Positions 63,245 to 64,000 of a stretch of 64,000 nt of DNA are shown here, in pieces. Numbering within the stretch: the first letter of the stretch is position 1; each line of letters starts with the position of its first letter. The DNA lies in NCBI GenBank assembly GCA_951406725.2, contig OX597842.1:22258001-22322000 (forward strand), read 5' to 3'. Origin of the DNA: Octopus vulgaris. Its lineage: Eukaryota. The notes beneath the pieces are model-generated. The model ran no database searches. It saw nothing but the letters and a program-made list of their open reading frames with translations, and was not told the DNA's origin. Made by a program: the position numbers and the translations under genes.

Positions 63245-64000
63245 CAATGACAAAATGTAAGTTGTGCTAAATAAAGTCCTTCATATTCACCGATCCAGTT
63301 GTTTGTGTTTTCTCATTGGTATAAATAATCTTTTACTTGTTTCAGTCATTTGACTGTGGCCATGCTGGAGCACCGCCTTTAGTCAAGCAAATCGACCCCA
63401 GGACTTAATCTTCATAAGCCTAGTACTTGCTCTATTGTTCTCTTTTGTCAAGCGATGTTGGGAGGACAAATACATACACAAACACACACACATACATGTG
63501 TGTGTGTGTGTATATATATATACATATATATACAGACACACATATATATATATATACATACACACACACACACACACACACACACGACGGGCTTCTTTCA
63601 GTTTCCGTCTACCAAATCCACTCACAAGGCTTTATTCGGCCCGAGGCTATAGTAAAAGACACTTACCCAAGGTGCCACGCAGTGGGACTGAACCTGGAAC
63701 CATGGAACATACATATATACGGCAGGCTTCTTTCAGTTTCCGTCTACCAAATCCACTCACAAGGTCGGCCCGAGGCTATAGTAAACAACACTTGCCCAAG
63801 TTGCCACGCAGTGGGACTGAACCTGGAACCATGTGGTTGGTAAGCAAGCTACTTACCACACAGCCACTCCTATGCCTATAAATAATAATTTTATGAATAC
63901 AGATAATTTCCTATGGCCATTCCTCCTCTCACGAGACACAAGCGCTTTCACACACATATACACACAATGGGAACTTCACAACTCTTTGGTCAGCCTGAGG

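Overview
This is AT-rich, repeat-dense animal genomic DNA. The SINE families and tandem C2H2 genes fit an octopus or other coleoid cephalopod zinc-finger cluster (inference). The window holds the last two exons of a chondroitin sulfate synthase (CHSY-like) gene with a +1 frameshift. It also holds four intact poly-C2H2 genes, each with a single coding exon and 13-18 fingers, arranged as two head-to-head pairs, plus a partial duplicate and two decayed ZNF pseudogenes. The rest is tRNA-derived SINEs, LINE fragments (R4-like, CR1/L2-like, RTE), mariner remnants, MITEs, Helitrons and satellites. The most notable observations are: a canonical minimal type I hammerhead ribozyme (7227-7312); three copies of a hammerhead-like scaffold with a non-canonical core, two of them at the centre of an ~820-bp palindrome; a chimeric 205-bp satellite fusing a 5'-truncated tRNA-Arg(CCT) to a ZNF splice acceptor; dead fingers amplified in ZNF 3' regions; and a conserved acceptor/5'UTR/N-terminal leader shared by the ZNF paralogues. 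All calls were made by eye, with no database searches.
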